A DNA stretch of 64,000 nucleotides, from contig CAZGIK010000004.1 of the NCBI GenBank assembly GCA_964525755.1, positions 85,293 through 149,292 of the forward strand. The letters are read 5' to 3'. A program made the position numbers and the translations under genes. The notes beneath the pieces were generated by a model. That model was not told the origin of the DNA. It searched no databases and was given only the letters and a program-made list of their open reading frames with translations. The DNA is from an uncultured Verrucomicrobiota bacterium. GTDB lineage: Bacteria; Verrucomicrobiota; Verrucomicrobiia; Limisphaerales; UBA9464. Positions 1-9,108 of the stretch are shown piece after piece (the first letter of the stretch is position 1; every line of letters begins with the position of its first letter).

Positions 1-562
1 CGGGACGTTCGGGGGCGATCCGGGCGAGGAACAGGATTTCGCCGGCGTAAATGTTCCCCACCCCGGCGGCCACCGACTGGTCGAGCAGCCGCACCTTCAC
101 CGCCTGTCGGCACCCACGGAGTCGCTTGGAGAGGAACTCCACGGTGAACCCATCCCCCAGCGGCTCGGGACCCAGCCCCTCCAGGACCGCCCTGTCGAGA
201 TGCAGCCGGCCGAAGCGCCGACTGTCCTCGAACACCATCCGCCCCGCATCCAGTTCCAGCACGACCACCGCGTGGCGCGGCACCCCGGCTGTCGCCGGCT
301 GCAGGTACATGCGGCCGGTCATCCCGAGGTGACCAACCAGCATCCCTCCCGCGGCGTCCGGCCGGAGCAGTTCGAAACACAGGTGCTTCCCCCGACGGGT
401 GGTGTGGTCGAAGACCGCCCCGACCAGTCCCCGTGCCAGGCCATCGGCACCGGTGGGCCGGGTCACGCGGGGTGCGCGGACCTCGACACTGACGATCCGA
501 CGTCCCCGCAGCAGGGGTGCCAGGTGACGGACAAGAACCTCGACTTCAGGACCCTCGGGCAT
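1..562 (-). CDS. mutM: Formamidopyrimidine-DNA glycosylase (Fpg/MutM), N-terminal ~187 codons; the 3' end lies beyond the left window edge
   Basis: Absent from the ORF track because it has no stop inside the window. My reverse-strand translation from ATG 562-560 reads MPEGPEVEVLVRHL...HLGMTGRM...LGPEPL...VKVRLLDQSVAAGVGNIYAGEILFLARI. This shows the catalytic N-terminal P-E-x-P-E-V-E and the H2TH GNIY region of the Fpg/Nei family. Confidence 0.85.
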   Translation of the reverse strand, partial: MPEGPEVEVLVRHLAPLLRGRRIVSVEVRAPRVTRPTGADGLARGLVGAVFDHTTRRGKHLCFELLRPDAAGGMLVGHLGMTGRMYLQPATAGVPRHAVVVLELDAGRMVFEDSRRFGRLHLDRAVLEGLGPEPLGDGFTVEFLSKRLRGCRQAVKVRLLDQSVAAGVGNIYAGEILFLARIAPERP

Positions 563-669
563 GGCGGGGATGGCAGGCTATCCCCCATGGGCGCCGGCAC
601 AAGGGCCGACCGGATCGGGCTTCCTCCGTCGCGCCACGCCGCGGTAGCTTTTGGCGCCGATCGCATCCC

Positions 670-2580
670 ATGGCCCTCAAGCAACTCACTCCCGAGCAGA
701 TCCGCGACTGGAGCCTGGAACAGAAGGACCGCTGGTGGCTGGAGAACGTCTGGCGCGGCGACATGCCCCAGCTCACGGTCCGCTCGGCCCTCACCGGCAT
801 GATCCTCGGCGGGGTCCTGTCGCTCACCAACCTCTACGTCGGTGCCAAGACCGGATGGACCCTCGGCGTGGGCATCACGGCGGTGATCCTCGCCTTCGCC
901 CTGTTCAAGGCGCTGTCCCGGATCGGCCTCGGGAGCGAGTTCACGGTGCTGGAGAACAACGCCATGCAGTCCATCGCCGTGGCCGCGGGCTACATGACCG
1001 CCCCGCTCGTCTCGAGCATCGGGGCCTACATGATGGTCGGGAACACCGTGGTCCCGATGGGTGTGACCATGGTCTGGATGATCGCCCTGTCGGTTCTGGG
1101 CGTGCTGTTCGCCTTCCCCCTCAAGCGCCGCTTCATCAACGACGAGCAGCATCCATTCCCCGAGGGCCGTGCGGCGGGGATCGTGATGGACGCGCTGCAC
1201 ACGGGCGACGCCGGCGACGGGCTCTTCAAGGCCCGGATCCTCGCCCTGGCCGGCGCCGCCGCCGCCCTGGTCAAGGTCGCCCAGAGCCACGCGGTGATGG
1301 AACGCCTCCGCCTCGGGTTCCTCGCCATCCCCGAGTACCTCGACGGCTGGATCCACCGGATCGGCACCCTCCGGATCGGCGGGGTCGACCTGCGCGAACT
1401 GACGGTCCGGCCCGACACCGACTTCGTCATGATGGCCGCCGGGGGGCTGATGGGGATCCGGACGGGGGTCTCGCTCATGGTGGGTGCGGTGCTGAACTAC
1501 TGCATCCTGGCCCCGTGGATGATCCGCGCGGGGGACATCGCCCCGCGCATGGTGGACGGGGTGGCGACCTACGGGTTCCGTCCGATCACCACCTGGGCCC
1601 TGTGGTGGGGCGTGGCGATCATGACCACCTCCTCGCTGTTCGCCTTCTTCGCCCGGCCGATGGTCCTGCTGGGGGCGTTCCGCGGGATGTTCTCGCGGCG
1701 AAGCGCAAACGGGGTGAATGCCCGGATGCAGGGGATCGAGCTGCCGGGCTGGGTCTCCGCCGTGGGAATCCCGGTGGTGGGCGCCCTGGTGGTCTGGCTG
1801 GCCCACCGGTACTTCGGGGTGAAGCCCTGGCTGGGCGCCCTGGCGGTCCCGCTCGTGTTCATCTTCACCCTGATCGCGGTGAACTCCACCGCCCTGACCT
1901 CCATCACCCCCACCGGGGCGATGGGCAAACTCACGCAGCTCACCTACAGCGGGCTCGACCCGGGCAACATCCAGACCAACCTGATGACCGCCGGCATCAC
2001 CGCCGAGGTGTCGAGCAACGCCGCCAACCTGCTCATGGACATCAAGCCCGGGTACATGCTGGGCGCCAAGCCCCGGCAGCAGGTGGTGGGGCATTTCCTC
2101 GGGATCCTCGCCGGATCCCTGGTCGCGGTGCCCGTCTTCTACCTGGTGTTCCTGCGCGGGAACCCTGCCGGACTGGTCAGCGAACAGTATCCCATGCCGG
2201 GCATCACCATCTGGCGGGCCGTGGCCGAGATGCTGACCACCGGCCTCTCCAACCTCCCGGTCTCCGCCCGGTGGGCCGCGCTGGCCGGCGCCGTTGCCGG
2301 CATCGTCCTCGAGGCCACCCGCGTGGCCACCAAGGGTCGCTTCTGGCTCTCCGGGGTCGGACTCGGCCTGGCGGCCGTCATCCCCTTCAACACCTGCCTC
2401 GCCATGTCCCTCGGCGCCTTCGTGTTCTGGGCGGCGGACCGCTGGATGAAACGCCCCGGCTCCACCGCCCGCCGGGTGGTGGTCGACAACCAGGAACCCC
2501 TCTGCGGCGGCCTGATCGCCGGAGGCGGGGTGATCGGCATCGCCCTGATCCTCGTCGAGACCTTCCTCCTCGGCGGCTGA
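670..2580 (+). CDS. OPT-family oligopeptide transporter (polytopic membrane protein)
   Basis: Frame of track ORF 517..2580, with the start moved to ATG 670 (MALKQLTPEQIRDW). It has many hydrophobic segments and the OPT-like N-terminal block QLTVRSALTGMILGGVLSLTNLYVGAKTGWTLGVGITAVILAF. The upstream 51 codons are Arg/Gly/Pro junk. Confidence 0.85.
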   Translation: MALKQLTPEQIRDWSLEQKDRWWLENVWRGDMPQLTVRSALTGMILGGVLSLTNLYVGAKTGWTLGVGITAVILAFALFKALSRIGLGSEFTVLENNAMQSIAVAAGYMTAPLVSSIGAYMMVGNTVVPMGVTMVWMIALSVLGVLFAFPLKRRFINDEQHPFPEGRAAGIVMDALHTGDAGDGLFKARILALAGAAAALVKVAQSHAVMERLRLGFLAIPEYLDGWIHRIGTLRIGGVDLRELTVRPDTDFVMMAAGGLMGIRTGVSLMVGAVLNYCILAPWMIRAGDIAPRMVDGVATYGFRPITTWALWWGVAIMTTSSLFAFFARPMVLLGAFRGMFSRRSANGVNARMQGIELPGWVSAVGIPVVGALVVWLAHRYFGVKPWLGALAVPLVFIFTLIAVNSTALTSITPTGAMGKLTQLTYSGLDPGNIQTNLMTAGITAEVSSNAANLLMDIKPGYMLGAKPRQQVVGHFLGILAGSLVAVPVFYLVFLRGNPAGLVSEQYPMPGITIWRAVAEMLTTGLSNLPVSARWAALAGAVAGIVLEATRVATKGRFWLSGVGLGLAAVIPFNTCLAMSLGAFVFWAADRWMKRPGSTARRVVVDNQEPLCGGLIAGGGVIGIALILVETFLLGG

Positions 2581-2669
2581 GCCGTCTCCATGCGGCCGGA
2601 AGCCTCCCGCGGGCGCCGGACTTGACCCGCGCCCCGCGGCCCGCAGAGTCGCCGGCCGGAAACGGTTCC

Positions 2670-3836
2670 ATGTCGACCTCTTCCCATCCCATCCTCCCCG
2701 GATCCGTCGTGGGCGTCCTCGGTGGCGGCCAGCTCGGCCGCATGTTCGCCCTGGCCGCCCGCCAGCTCGGCTACCGGATCCATGTGTACTCGCCCGACGA
2801 CGACACGCCGGCCGGGCAGGTGGGCGATGTCGAGATCTGTGCGTCCTACGACGACCTCGACCGGGTCCGCGCCTTCGCCCGGTCGGCGCGGGTGGTGACG
2901 TTCGAGTTCGAGAACGTCCCCAGCGCCACCTCCCGGGCCGCCGCCGAGGTCACCCTGGTACGGCCCGCGGGCGAGGTCCTGCACATCACCCAGCAGCGCC
3001 TGCGCGAGAAGACGTTCCTCGCGACGAACGGCTTCCCGGTCACCCCGTTCCGGGCCGTCCGCTCGCTCGACGACCTGACGGCCGCCGCCCGCGACCTGGG
3101 CCTGCCGGGTGTGCTGAAGACGGCCAGCTTCGGATACGACGGCAAGGGGCAGCAGAAGCTGACCGATGCCGCGAGCCTCGCGGAGGCGCACGCCGCCCTC
3201 GGCGGGGCCGAGGGCATCTACGAGGCCTGGGTTTCCTACGAGCGCGAGGTGAGCGTGGTGGCGGCGCGGGGAATCGACGGCACGTTCGCCGCGTTCCCGG
3301 TGTTCGAGAACGCCCACGCCCGCCACATCCTCGACATCACGGTCGCCCCGGCCGGCATCGCCCCGGCGCTCGCCGACGAGGCGGTGGGGCTCGCCCGCGG
3401 CATCCTCGACGCGCTCGACGTGGTGGGCCTGCTGACGGTGGAGCTGTTCGTGACCACCTCCGGCCGGCTGCTGGTGAACGAGCTGGCCCCGCGGACCCAC
3501 AACTCGGGCCACCTGACCATCGACGCCTGCGTCACCAGCCAGTTCGAGCAGCAGCTCCGCGCGGTGTGCGGCCTGCCGCTGGGATCGGTCCGGCAGCATC
3601 GCCCCGCGGCCATGGCCAACCTGCTCGGCGACGTGTGGATCGCGGCGGACGGACGTCCCGACTGGGCGGCCGCCCTGGCGGATCCGGCCGTGAAGCTCCA
3701 CCTCTACGGCAAGTCCGAACCCCGTGCCGGGCGCAAGATGGGACACCTCACCGCCCTCGCCGACACCCCCGCCGAGGCCGTCCGCCGCGTGCGCGAGGCC
3801 CGGGAACGCCTCACCGGACCGGTGGGCGCCGGCTGA
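2670..3836 (+). CDS. purK: N5-carboxyaminoimidazole ribonucleotide synthase (PurK, ATP-grasp)
   Basis: Last 388 aa of track ORF 651..3836, starting at ATG 2670. Motifs VGVLGGGQLGRM, LKTASFGYDGKGQ, NELAPRTHNSGH and GRKMGHLT are characteristic of PurK. Confidence 0.9.
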   Translation: MSTSSHPILPGSVVGVLGGGQLGRMFALAARQLGYRIHVYSPDDDTPAGQVGDVEICASYDDLDRVRAFARSARVVTFEFENVPSATSRAAAEVTLVRPAGEVLHITQQRLREKTFLATNGFPVTPFRAVRSLDDLTAAARDLGLPGVLKTASFGYDGKGQQKLTDAASLAEAHAALGGAEGIYEAWVSYEREVSVVAARGIDGTFAAFPVFENAHARHILDITVAPAGIAPALADEAVGLARGILDALDVVGLLTVELFVTTSGRLLVNELAPRTHNSGHLTIDACVTSQFEQQLRAVCGLPLGSVRQHRPAAMANLLGDVWIAADGRPDWAAALADPAVKLHLYGKSEPRAGRKMGHLTALADTPAEAVRRVREARERLTGPVGAG

Positions 3837-3920
3837 TCCCCGGCCCCGGGGGCGGCCGGACCGGCTCCCACGCCGAAGGCGCTTCCCCCCGGCCCGGTCG
3901 CTCTCCTACCTTCCCGCCCC

Positions 3921-4811
3921 GTGCAGTTCGGCAAGACAGCGCTGGTCGGAGTCGGCTTGCTGGGCGGGTCCCTGGGCCTGGCCCTGCGGGAACGCCGCCT
4001 CGCCGCGGAGGTGGCCGGCTACGCCCGCCGCGCCGCCACGCTGGAGGAATGCCGAAGGCGGGGGGTCACCGACTCCGCCTCCGGCGACCTCGCTGCGGTG
4101 GTGCGCGACGCCGAACTGGTCGTGCTCTGCACCCCGGTGGGCGAGATGCGGGCGGTCACCGAACGGTTCCTGCCCATGCTCCGGCCCGACGCGGTCGTGA
4201 CCGATGTCGGCAGCGTCAAGGGCAGCGTGGTGTCGGACCTCGAGCGGATCGTGGCGGACGCCGGCGGCCACTTCGTCGGAAGCCACCCGATGGCCGGTTC
4301 GGAGAAGTCGGGGGTGGGGGCCGCCCGTCCGGACCTCTTCGAGGGGGCGGTGTGCGTGGTGACCCCGACACCCCGCACCGATCCCGGCGCGCTGGAGCGG
4401 GTGCGGGCGCTGTGGACGGCGGTCGGCGCCCAGGTGCTCCCGCTCGCGCCGGGAGTCCACGACGAACTGGTCAGCCGGTCGAGCCACCTCCCCCACGTGG
4501 TGGCGGCGGGCCTGGCCAGCTACGTCCTCAGCCCGGCCCATCCCCCGGCCCAGCCCCGGCTCTGCGCCACCGGGTTCCGCGACACCACCCGCGTGGCGTC
4601 GGGCTCCCCGGTGATGTGGCGCGACATCGCCCTCGCCAACCGGGAGGCCCTCGCCCGGGTGCTGGGCGTGTTCATCGACGACCTCCGGGAGTTCCAGCGG
4701 TCGTTGGCCGATGCCGACGCGGCCGCCGTGGAGGAGTACTTCGTCCGGGCCCGGGAACGCCGGGAACGGTGGGCGTCGGGCGCCGGCCCCGAAACCTCGC
4801 CCCGCGAGTGA
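3921..4811 (+). CDS. tyrA: Prephenate/arogenate dehydrogenase
   Basis: Track ORF with a GTG start. Rossmann block VGVGLLGGSLGLAL, then DVGSVKG, GSHPMAGSEKSG and SRSSHLPH. Confidence 0.85.
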   Translation: MQFGKTALVGVGLLGGSLGLALRERRLAAEVAGYARRAATLEECRRRGVTDSASGDLAAVVRDAELVVLCTPVGEMRAVTERFLPMLRPDAVVTDVGSVKGSVVSDLERIVADAGGHFVGSHPMAGSEKSGVGAARPDLFEGAVCVVTPTPRTDPGALERVRALWTAVGAQVLPLAPGVHDELVSRSSHLPHVVAAGLASYVLSPAHPPAQPRLCATGFRDTTRVASGSPVMWRDIALANREALARVLGVFIDDLREFQRSLADADAAAVEEYFVRARERRERWASGAGPETSPRE

Positions 4812-4851
4812 ACGTCCCTGCCCTCCCCGTCCGTCCCCCGCCTTTCCCCGC

Positions 4852-6147
4852 ATGCTGCCCTCCCTCATCGAGATCGAGCCCCCGGCCCGCCCCGCCCCCG
4901 CCGAGATCACCATCCCCGGGTCCAAGAGCCTGACCAACCGCGCCCTCGTCCTCGCCGCCCTCGCCCGCGGCACCACCCGCCTCCGCGGCGCCCTGTGGAG
5001 CGAGGACACCGAGGTGATGGTGGACGCGCTCCGCCGGCTGGGCTTCGCGGTCACGGTCGATGCGGATCCCGACGAGGAGGCCAACCGGCTCCTGACCGTG
5101 GTGGGCCAGGGCGGACGGGTTCCGCCCGGGGGCCGTGCCGACGCCCCCCGGGAGCTGTTCGTGGGCAACGCCGGCACCGCCGCCCGGTTCCTGTCCGCCC
5201 TGGTGTGCCTGGGCGCGGGCTGGTACCGGCTGCACGGGGTGCCCCGCATGCACGAGCGCCCCCAGGGCGCCCTCTTCGCCGCCCTCCGTCAACTGGGCTA
5301 CCGCGTGGAGGCTCCCGGCGACCTGCTGCCCGCCCGCATCGAGGGGCAACCCGACCGGCCACCCCGCTCGGCCGCGGTGGGCATCGACGCCAGCTCCCAG
5401 TTCGCGTCCGCCCTGCTCCTGGCCGCGGCGGCCGGCAACTGGCGGATCACCGTGGCCGGGACCGCCGACGAGGACGAGGCGCCGTACGTCGCCATGACCC
5501 GCCAGCTCGCCGCCACCTTTCCCGCCGACGGCGGGGAGTACCAGGTCGAACCCGACGCCTCCAGCGCCAGCTACTTCATCGGCGCCGGCCACCTGCACGC
5601 CTGGCGGCATCTGGCCGACGGTGCCCGTCCCGCAGTGGGGATCCGGAACTGGCCCTCGACCGACTGGCAGGTCGACGCCCGGTTTCCGCTCTACCTGCCC
5701 CTCCCGCCCGAGGTGTCGCGCCGGACCGACCTGGGCGATGCGATCATGACCGCCATCGTGCTGGCCCCGCTGGAGGGACGGCCGGTGGCGTTCCACGACC
5801 TCGGCCGGCTCCGCGTCCAGGAATGCGAGCGGGTGGCCGCCCTGCGGACGGAGCTGACCCGATGCGGTGCCCGGGTGGAGGAGGCCGGCGACAGCCTGCT
5901 CGTCCATCCGTCCTCCCTCCACGGGGCGGAGATCGAGACCTACCAGGACCACCGGATGGCCATGTGCTTCGCGACTCTGGGCTTGCATGTGCCCGGGGTG
6001 AAAATCAGAAACCCCGCGTGTGTCCGAAAGACCTTCCCGAACTTCTTCCGCAAGCTGACCCTCCCGGCCCCGCACGGGCTCGGGGCGGTGGTGCGGGAGG
6101 CGGGAACGGGAAGGCGCCTGTCCGGCGACGAACTGCTCGCCGGATGA
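4852..6147 (+). CDS. aroA: 3-phosphoshikimate 1-carboxyvinyltransferase (EPSP synthase)
   Basis: Frame of track ORF 4711..6147, starting at ATG 4852 (MLPSLIEIEP). Motifs PGSKSLTNRALVLAAL, LFVGNAGTAARFL, DHRMAMCFA and VRKTFPNFF. Confidence 0.9.
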   Translation: MLPSLIEIEPPARPAPAEITIPGSKSLTNRALVLAALARGTTRLRGALWSEDTEVMVDALRRLGFAVTVDADPDEEANRLLTVVGQGGRVPPGGRADAPRELFVGNAGTAARFLSALVCLGAGWYRLHGVPRMHERPQGALFAALRQLGYRVEAPGDLLPARIEGQPDRPPRSAAVGIDASSQFASALLLAAAAGNWRITVAGTADEDEAPYVAMTRQLAATFPADGGEYQVEPDASSASYFIGAGHLHAWRHLADGARPAVGIRNWPSTDWQVDARFPLYLPLPPEVSRRTDLGDAIMTAIVLAPLEGRPVAFHDLGRLRVQECERVAALRTELTRCGARVEEAGDSLLVHPSSLHGAEIETYQDHRMAMCFATLGLHVPGVKIRNPACVRKTFPNFFRKLTLPAPHGLGAVVREAGTGRRLSGDELLAG

Positions 6148-6839
6148 ACCCGCCCGACCGATCGAGCGAGGATCCGATGCGGTTGCCCTGCGTCATCGCC
6201 ATGGACGGCCCCAGCGCCTCGGGCAAGGGCACGCTCTCCCGCCGCCTGGCCGCGGACCTCGGCTATCTCTACGTCGACACCGGCGCCATGTACCGGACGC
6301 TCGCCTGGTGGGCCCTCCAGAACGGCCTGCGATGCGAGAAGCCCATGTCGGATGCCGACGAGACGGCCGTCGTCCGGCTCCTCCGCCGTTGGAAGGCGGA
6401 GATGCGGGCGGTGGACGGCCAGGCGTGGCTCCACGTGAACGGGTATTTCCCCCGGACCGAGATCCGCACCGACGAGGTGGAACACGCCGTGCCGGTCGTG
6501 GCCCAGATCGGGCCGGTGCGCGACTGGATGGTGGCCCGGCAACGCGAATGCACCGGGCTGGGGCCGCTGGTCATGGAGGGACGCGACATCGGCACCGAGG
6601 TGTTCCCCCTCGCGCCCGTGAAGTTCTTCCTCGAGGCCGACGAGCAGGAACGCCAGGCCCGCATCGCCGGTCGCGGCGGCAACACCAGCGCCGCCCGCCG
6701 GGACGCCATGGATTCGAACCGAAAGAAGGGCGCCCTCGTCCCGGCGCTGGATTCCATCCGCGTGAACAACACCGGACAGACCCCCGACGAGACCTACGCC
6801 GTCCTCCGCGAGCACGTCCGCTCCCGCCTCGGGATCTGA
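6144..6839 (+). CDS. cmk: Cytidylate kinase
   Basis: Tail of track ORF 4995..6839. ATG 6144 overlaps the aroA stop (ATGA); an alternative ATG is at 6177. P-loop IAMDGPSASGKGT, then VDTGAMYR and EGRDIGT. Confidence 0.9.
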   Translation: MNPPDRSSEDPMRLPCVIAMDGPSASGKGTLSRRLAADLGYLYVDTGAMYRTLAWWALQNGLRCEKPMSDADETAVVRLLRRWKAEMRAVDGQAWLHVNGYFPRTEIRTDEVEHAVPVVAQIGPVRDWMVARQRECTGLGPLVMEGRDIGTEVFPLAPVKFFLEADEQERQARIAGRGGNTSAARRDAMDSNRKKGALVPALDSIRVNNTGQTPDETYAVLREHVRSRLGI

Positions 6840-6943
6840 CCCGCAGCCCCGGGGTGGAACGCACCCGCGGGTCCGCCGCCGCCGGACGGCGAAACACGGA
6901 ACACGGGCTGGCCCCGTCGGCTCCCCCTGTCATTCTTCCCCCC

Positions 6944-8611
6944 ATGCGGTCATGGCAGCAGTGGTGGCGGATGGCGGTCCTCCTCGGACTCACCCTGGTT
7001 CCGGCGCGGGCCCGGGCGTCGGGTGGCGAGGTGGTGGTGCTCTACACCACCCGGGTGCCAGAGGGACGCGAGGTCGCCGAGCACTACGCCCGGAAACGTC
7101 AGGTGCCCGACACCCAAGTCATCGGACTCGACATCCCCACCGGGAACCAACTCTCCCGCGACCAATTCCTCCTGTCGATCCAGACCCCGCTCCTGATGGA
7201 GCTGCAGCGCCGCGGCCTGATGACGTTTGAGATCGACACCTCGCGCGGCCCGTCCGAGCCGCCCCGCTACACCTGCACCCGGTCGTCGGTCCGCTACCTC
7301 GCCCTGACGTACGGCATCCCGTGGAGTATCGCTCCCGATGCGGCCGCCGAGGCGTCGGCCCCGGCCTCCATCCCGCCCCAGGGCCGACGCACCGAGGCGT
7401 CGGTCGACAGCGAGCTGGCCCTGCTGCCGCGTGCCGGGCATTTCCCCGCCTGGGGTCCGCTCCAGAACCCGGTCTACGCCAACACCAACCGGGCGCTGCT
7501 CCATCCCACCAACGGCGTGTTCCTGGTCACGCGCCTCGACGGCCCGACCCCCGACATCGCCCGCCGCCTGGTGGACAAGGCGATGGACGCGGAGGAGCAC
7601 GGCCTGCTCGGGCACAGCTACATCGACCTGCGCAACATCACCGAGGGCGCCTACCGGACGGGCGACGAATGGATCACCAACACGGCCATCGTCAGCCGGG
7701 CGCTGGGGTTCTCGACGTTCGTCGACAACCGGCCGGAGACCCTTCCCGACACCTTTCCCCTGAGCCATGTGGCGATCTATGCGGGCTGGTACAACGACCG
7801 GGTCAACGGACCGTTCGCCCGGCCCGAGGTGGAGTTCCAGCCCGGGGCCATCGCCTACCACCTCCACTCCTTCAGCGCCTACAACCTCCATTCCACCGAC
7901 CAGAACTGGGCCGGTCCGCTGCTGGCCCGCGGCGCGACGGCCACCATGGGCAGCGTCCACGAGCCCTACCTGCCCCTCACCCCGAATCCCGCCGTCCTCC
8001 TCGCCACCCTGGCCCAGCTGCAGTTCACCCTCGGCGAGGCCGGCACCGTCTGCCAGCCGGGCCTATCCTGGGCGAACATCGTCGTGGGCGACCCCCTCTA
8101 CCAGCCGTTCAAGGTCGGGCTGCTCGAACTGGAGGGAACCTATGCCGCGCTCCGCGACCAGCGCCTGGAGTGGGTCCTCCTCCGGAAGGTCAACGGCTAC
8201 CTGATGCAGGGGCGCGACCCGGAGGTGCTCCGCAGCTACCTCATCGAGCAGCCCATCACCACCAACAGCGCCGTGCTGTCGGAGAAGGTCGCGGCCATGT
8301 ACGCCGACGTGATCCGCATGCGGCCCGCCATCCAGTGGGCCCGGCATGCCCTTTCCCGGGATCCCTCCCCGCAGCAGCGCACCCGCCTGCTGCTCAACCT
8401 CGCCGAATGGCAGGAGATCCAGGGTGAACCGGCCGACGCCCTGGAGACGCTCCGCCGGGTCGAGGGGGAGCGTCCCGACTACGCCGCGCTGGTGACCTTC
8501 CGACAGAAGCAGCTGCACCTGGCCCGCGACGCCGGGAAACGCGACGAGGTCACCCGACTGGAGGCCGTCCTCACCGCGCTGTCCCCGCCCGCCCCACCGG
8601 CCTCGCCCTGA
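6944..8611 (+). CDS. Secreted conserved hypothetical protein; from memory it resembles the TIGR03790-type family, with a helical TPR-like C-terminus
   Basis: Tail of track ORF 6308..8611, starting at ATG 6944. Signal peptide MRSWQQWWRMAVLLGLTLVPARARA. Blocks VVVLYTTRVPEGREVAEHYARKRQVP, VAIYAGWYNDRV, GAIAYHLHSFSA and GATATMGSVHEPYL...GDPLYQPF. Function is unknown. Confidence 0.6.
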   Translation: MRSWQQWWRMAVLLGLTLVPARARASGGEVVVLYTTRVPEGREVAEHYARKRQVPDTQVIGLDIPTGNQLSRDQFLLSIQTPLLMELQRRGLMTFEIDTSRGPSEPPRYTCTRSSVRYLALTYGIPWSIAPDAAAEASAPASIPPQGRRTEASVDSELALLPRAGHFPAWGPLQNPVYANTNRALLHPTNGVFLVTRLDGPTPDIARRLVDKAMDAEEHGLLGHSYIDLRNITEGAYRTGDEWITNTAIVSRALGFSTFVDNRPETLPDTFPLSHVAIYAGWYNDRVNGPFARPEVEFQPGAIAYHLHSFSAYNLHSTDQNWAGPLLARGATATMGSVHEPYLPLTPNPAVLLATLAQLQFTLGEAGTVCQPGLSWANIVVGDPLYQPFKVGLLELEGTYAALRDQRLEWVLLRKVNGYLMQGRDPEVLRSYLIEQPITTNSAVLSEKVAAMYADVIRMRPAIQWARHALSRDPSPQQRTRLLLNLAEWQEIQGEPADALETLRRVEGERPDYAALVTFRQKQLHLARDAGKRDEVTRLEAVLTALSPPAPPASP

Positions 8612-8648
8612 GCCGATCCGACGACGAGGTTCCGGCTGAGGACCAGGG

Positions 8649-9080
8649 TCACTTCTCGCCGACGTTCCCCGCCTTGTCCCAGGCCCTGTATCCGCCCTTG
8701 AAGTTCAGCAGGTCCTGGAAGCCCAGTCCGGACATGACGTTGCACGCCTTGACGCTCCGGACGCCGGCGGCGCAGTGGACCAGGTACTTCTTCGACTTGT
8801 CGAGGGCGGCCACCTTCCCGGCAAAGCCGTCGGCGTTCACGTCGATCAGCACCGCACCGGGGACATGCCCGGCCTTGAACTCCTTCTCCGTCCGCACGTC
8901 GAGGACGACGGTCCCCGGCTCCTTCCGGAGCTTCTCGAACGTCTCGAGGTCGATGTCCCGATAGCGCTGCTGACCGGCCTTCACGGCCGTGCCGTTGCCG
9001 GGCTTGTCCTGGGCGGACAGGGGGAGGGCGGCGGAGGGAAGGAGCGCCGCGGCGATCAGGACGGGGAGGAACCGGTTCAT
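8649..9080 (-). CDS. Secreted single-domain rhodanese (sulfurtransferase-like)
   Basis: Last 143 aa of track ORF 8649..10562(-), starting at ATG 9080. Signal peptide MNRFLPVLIAAALLPSAALPLSA, then VVLDVRTEKEFKAGHVPGA and the active-site loop VHCAAGVRS. Confidence 0.85.
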   Translation of the reverse strand: MNRFLPVLIAAALLPSAALPLSAQDKPGNGTAVKAGQQRYRDIDLETFEKLRKEPGTVVLDVRTEKEFKAGHVPGAVLIDVNADGFAGKVAALDKSKKYLVHCAAGVRSVKACNVMSGLGFQDLLNFKGGYRAWDKAGNVGEK

Positions 9081-9108
9081 GACGGGGAAGGAAGCAGACG
9101 GGACGGGG

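Noticed and set aside
463-2094. 543-aa minus-strand ORF, plus the N-terminal 673 codons of plus-strand ORF 651..3836
   Set aside because: Both overlap the OPT transporter gene out of frame or antisense and translate to HRPG-rich junk. Only the last 388 aa of 651..3836 (purK, from ATG 2670) are real.
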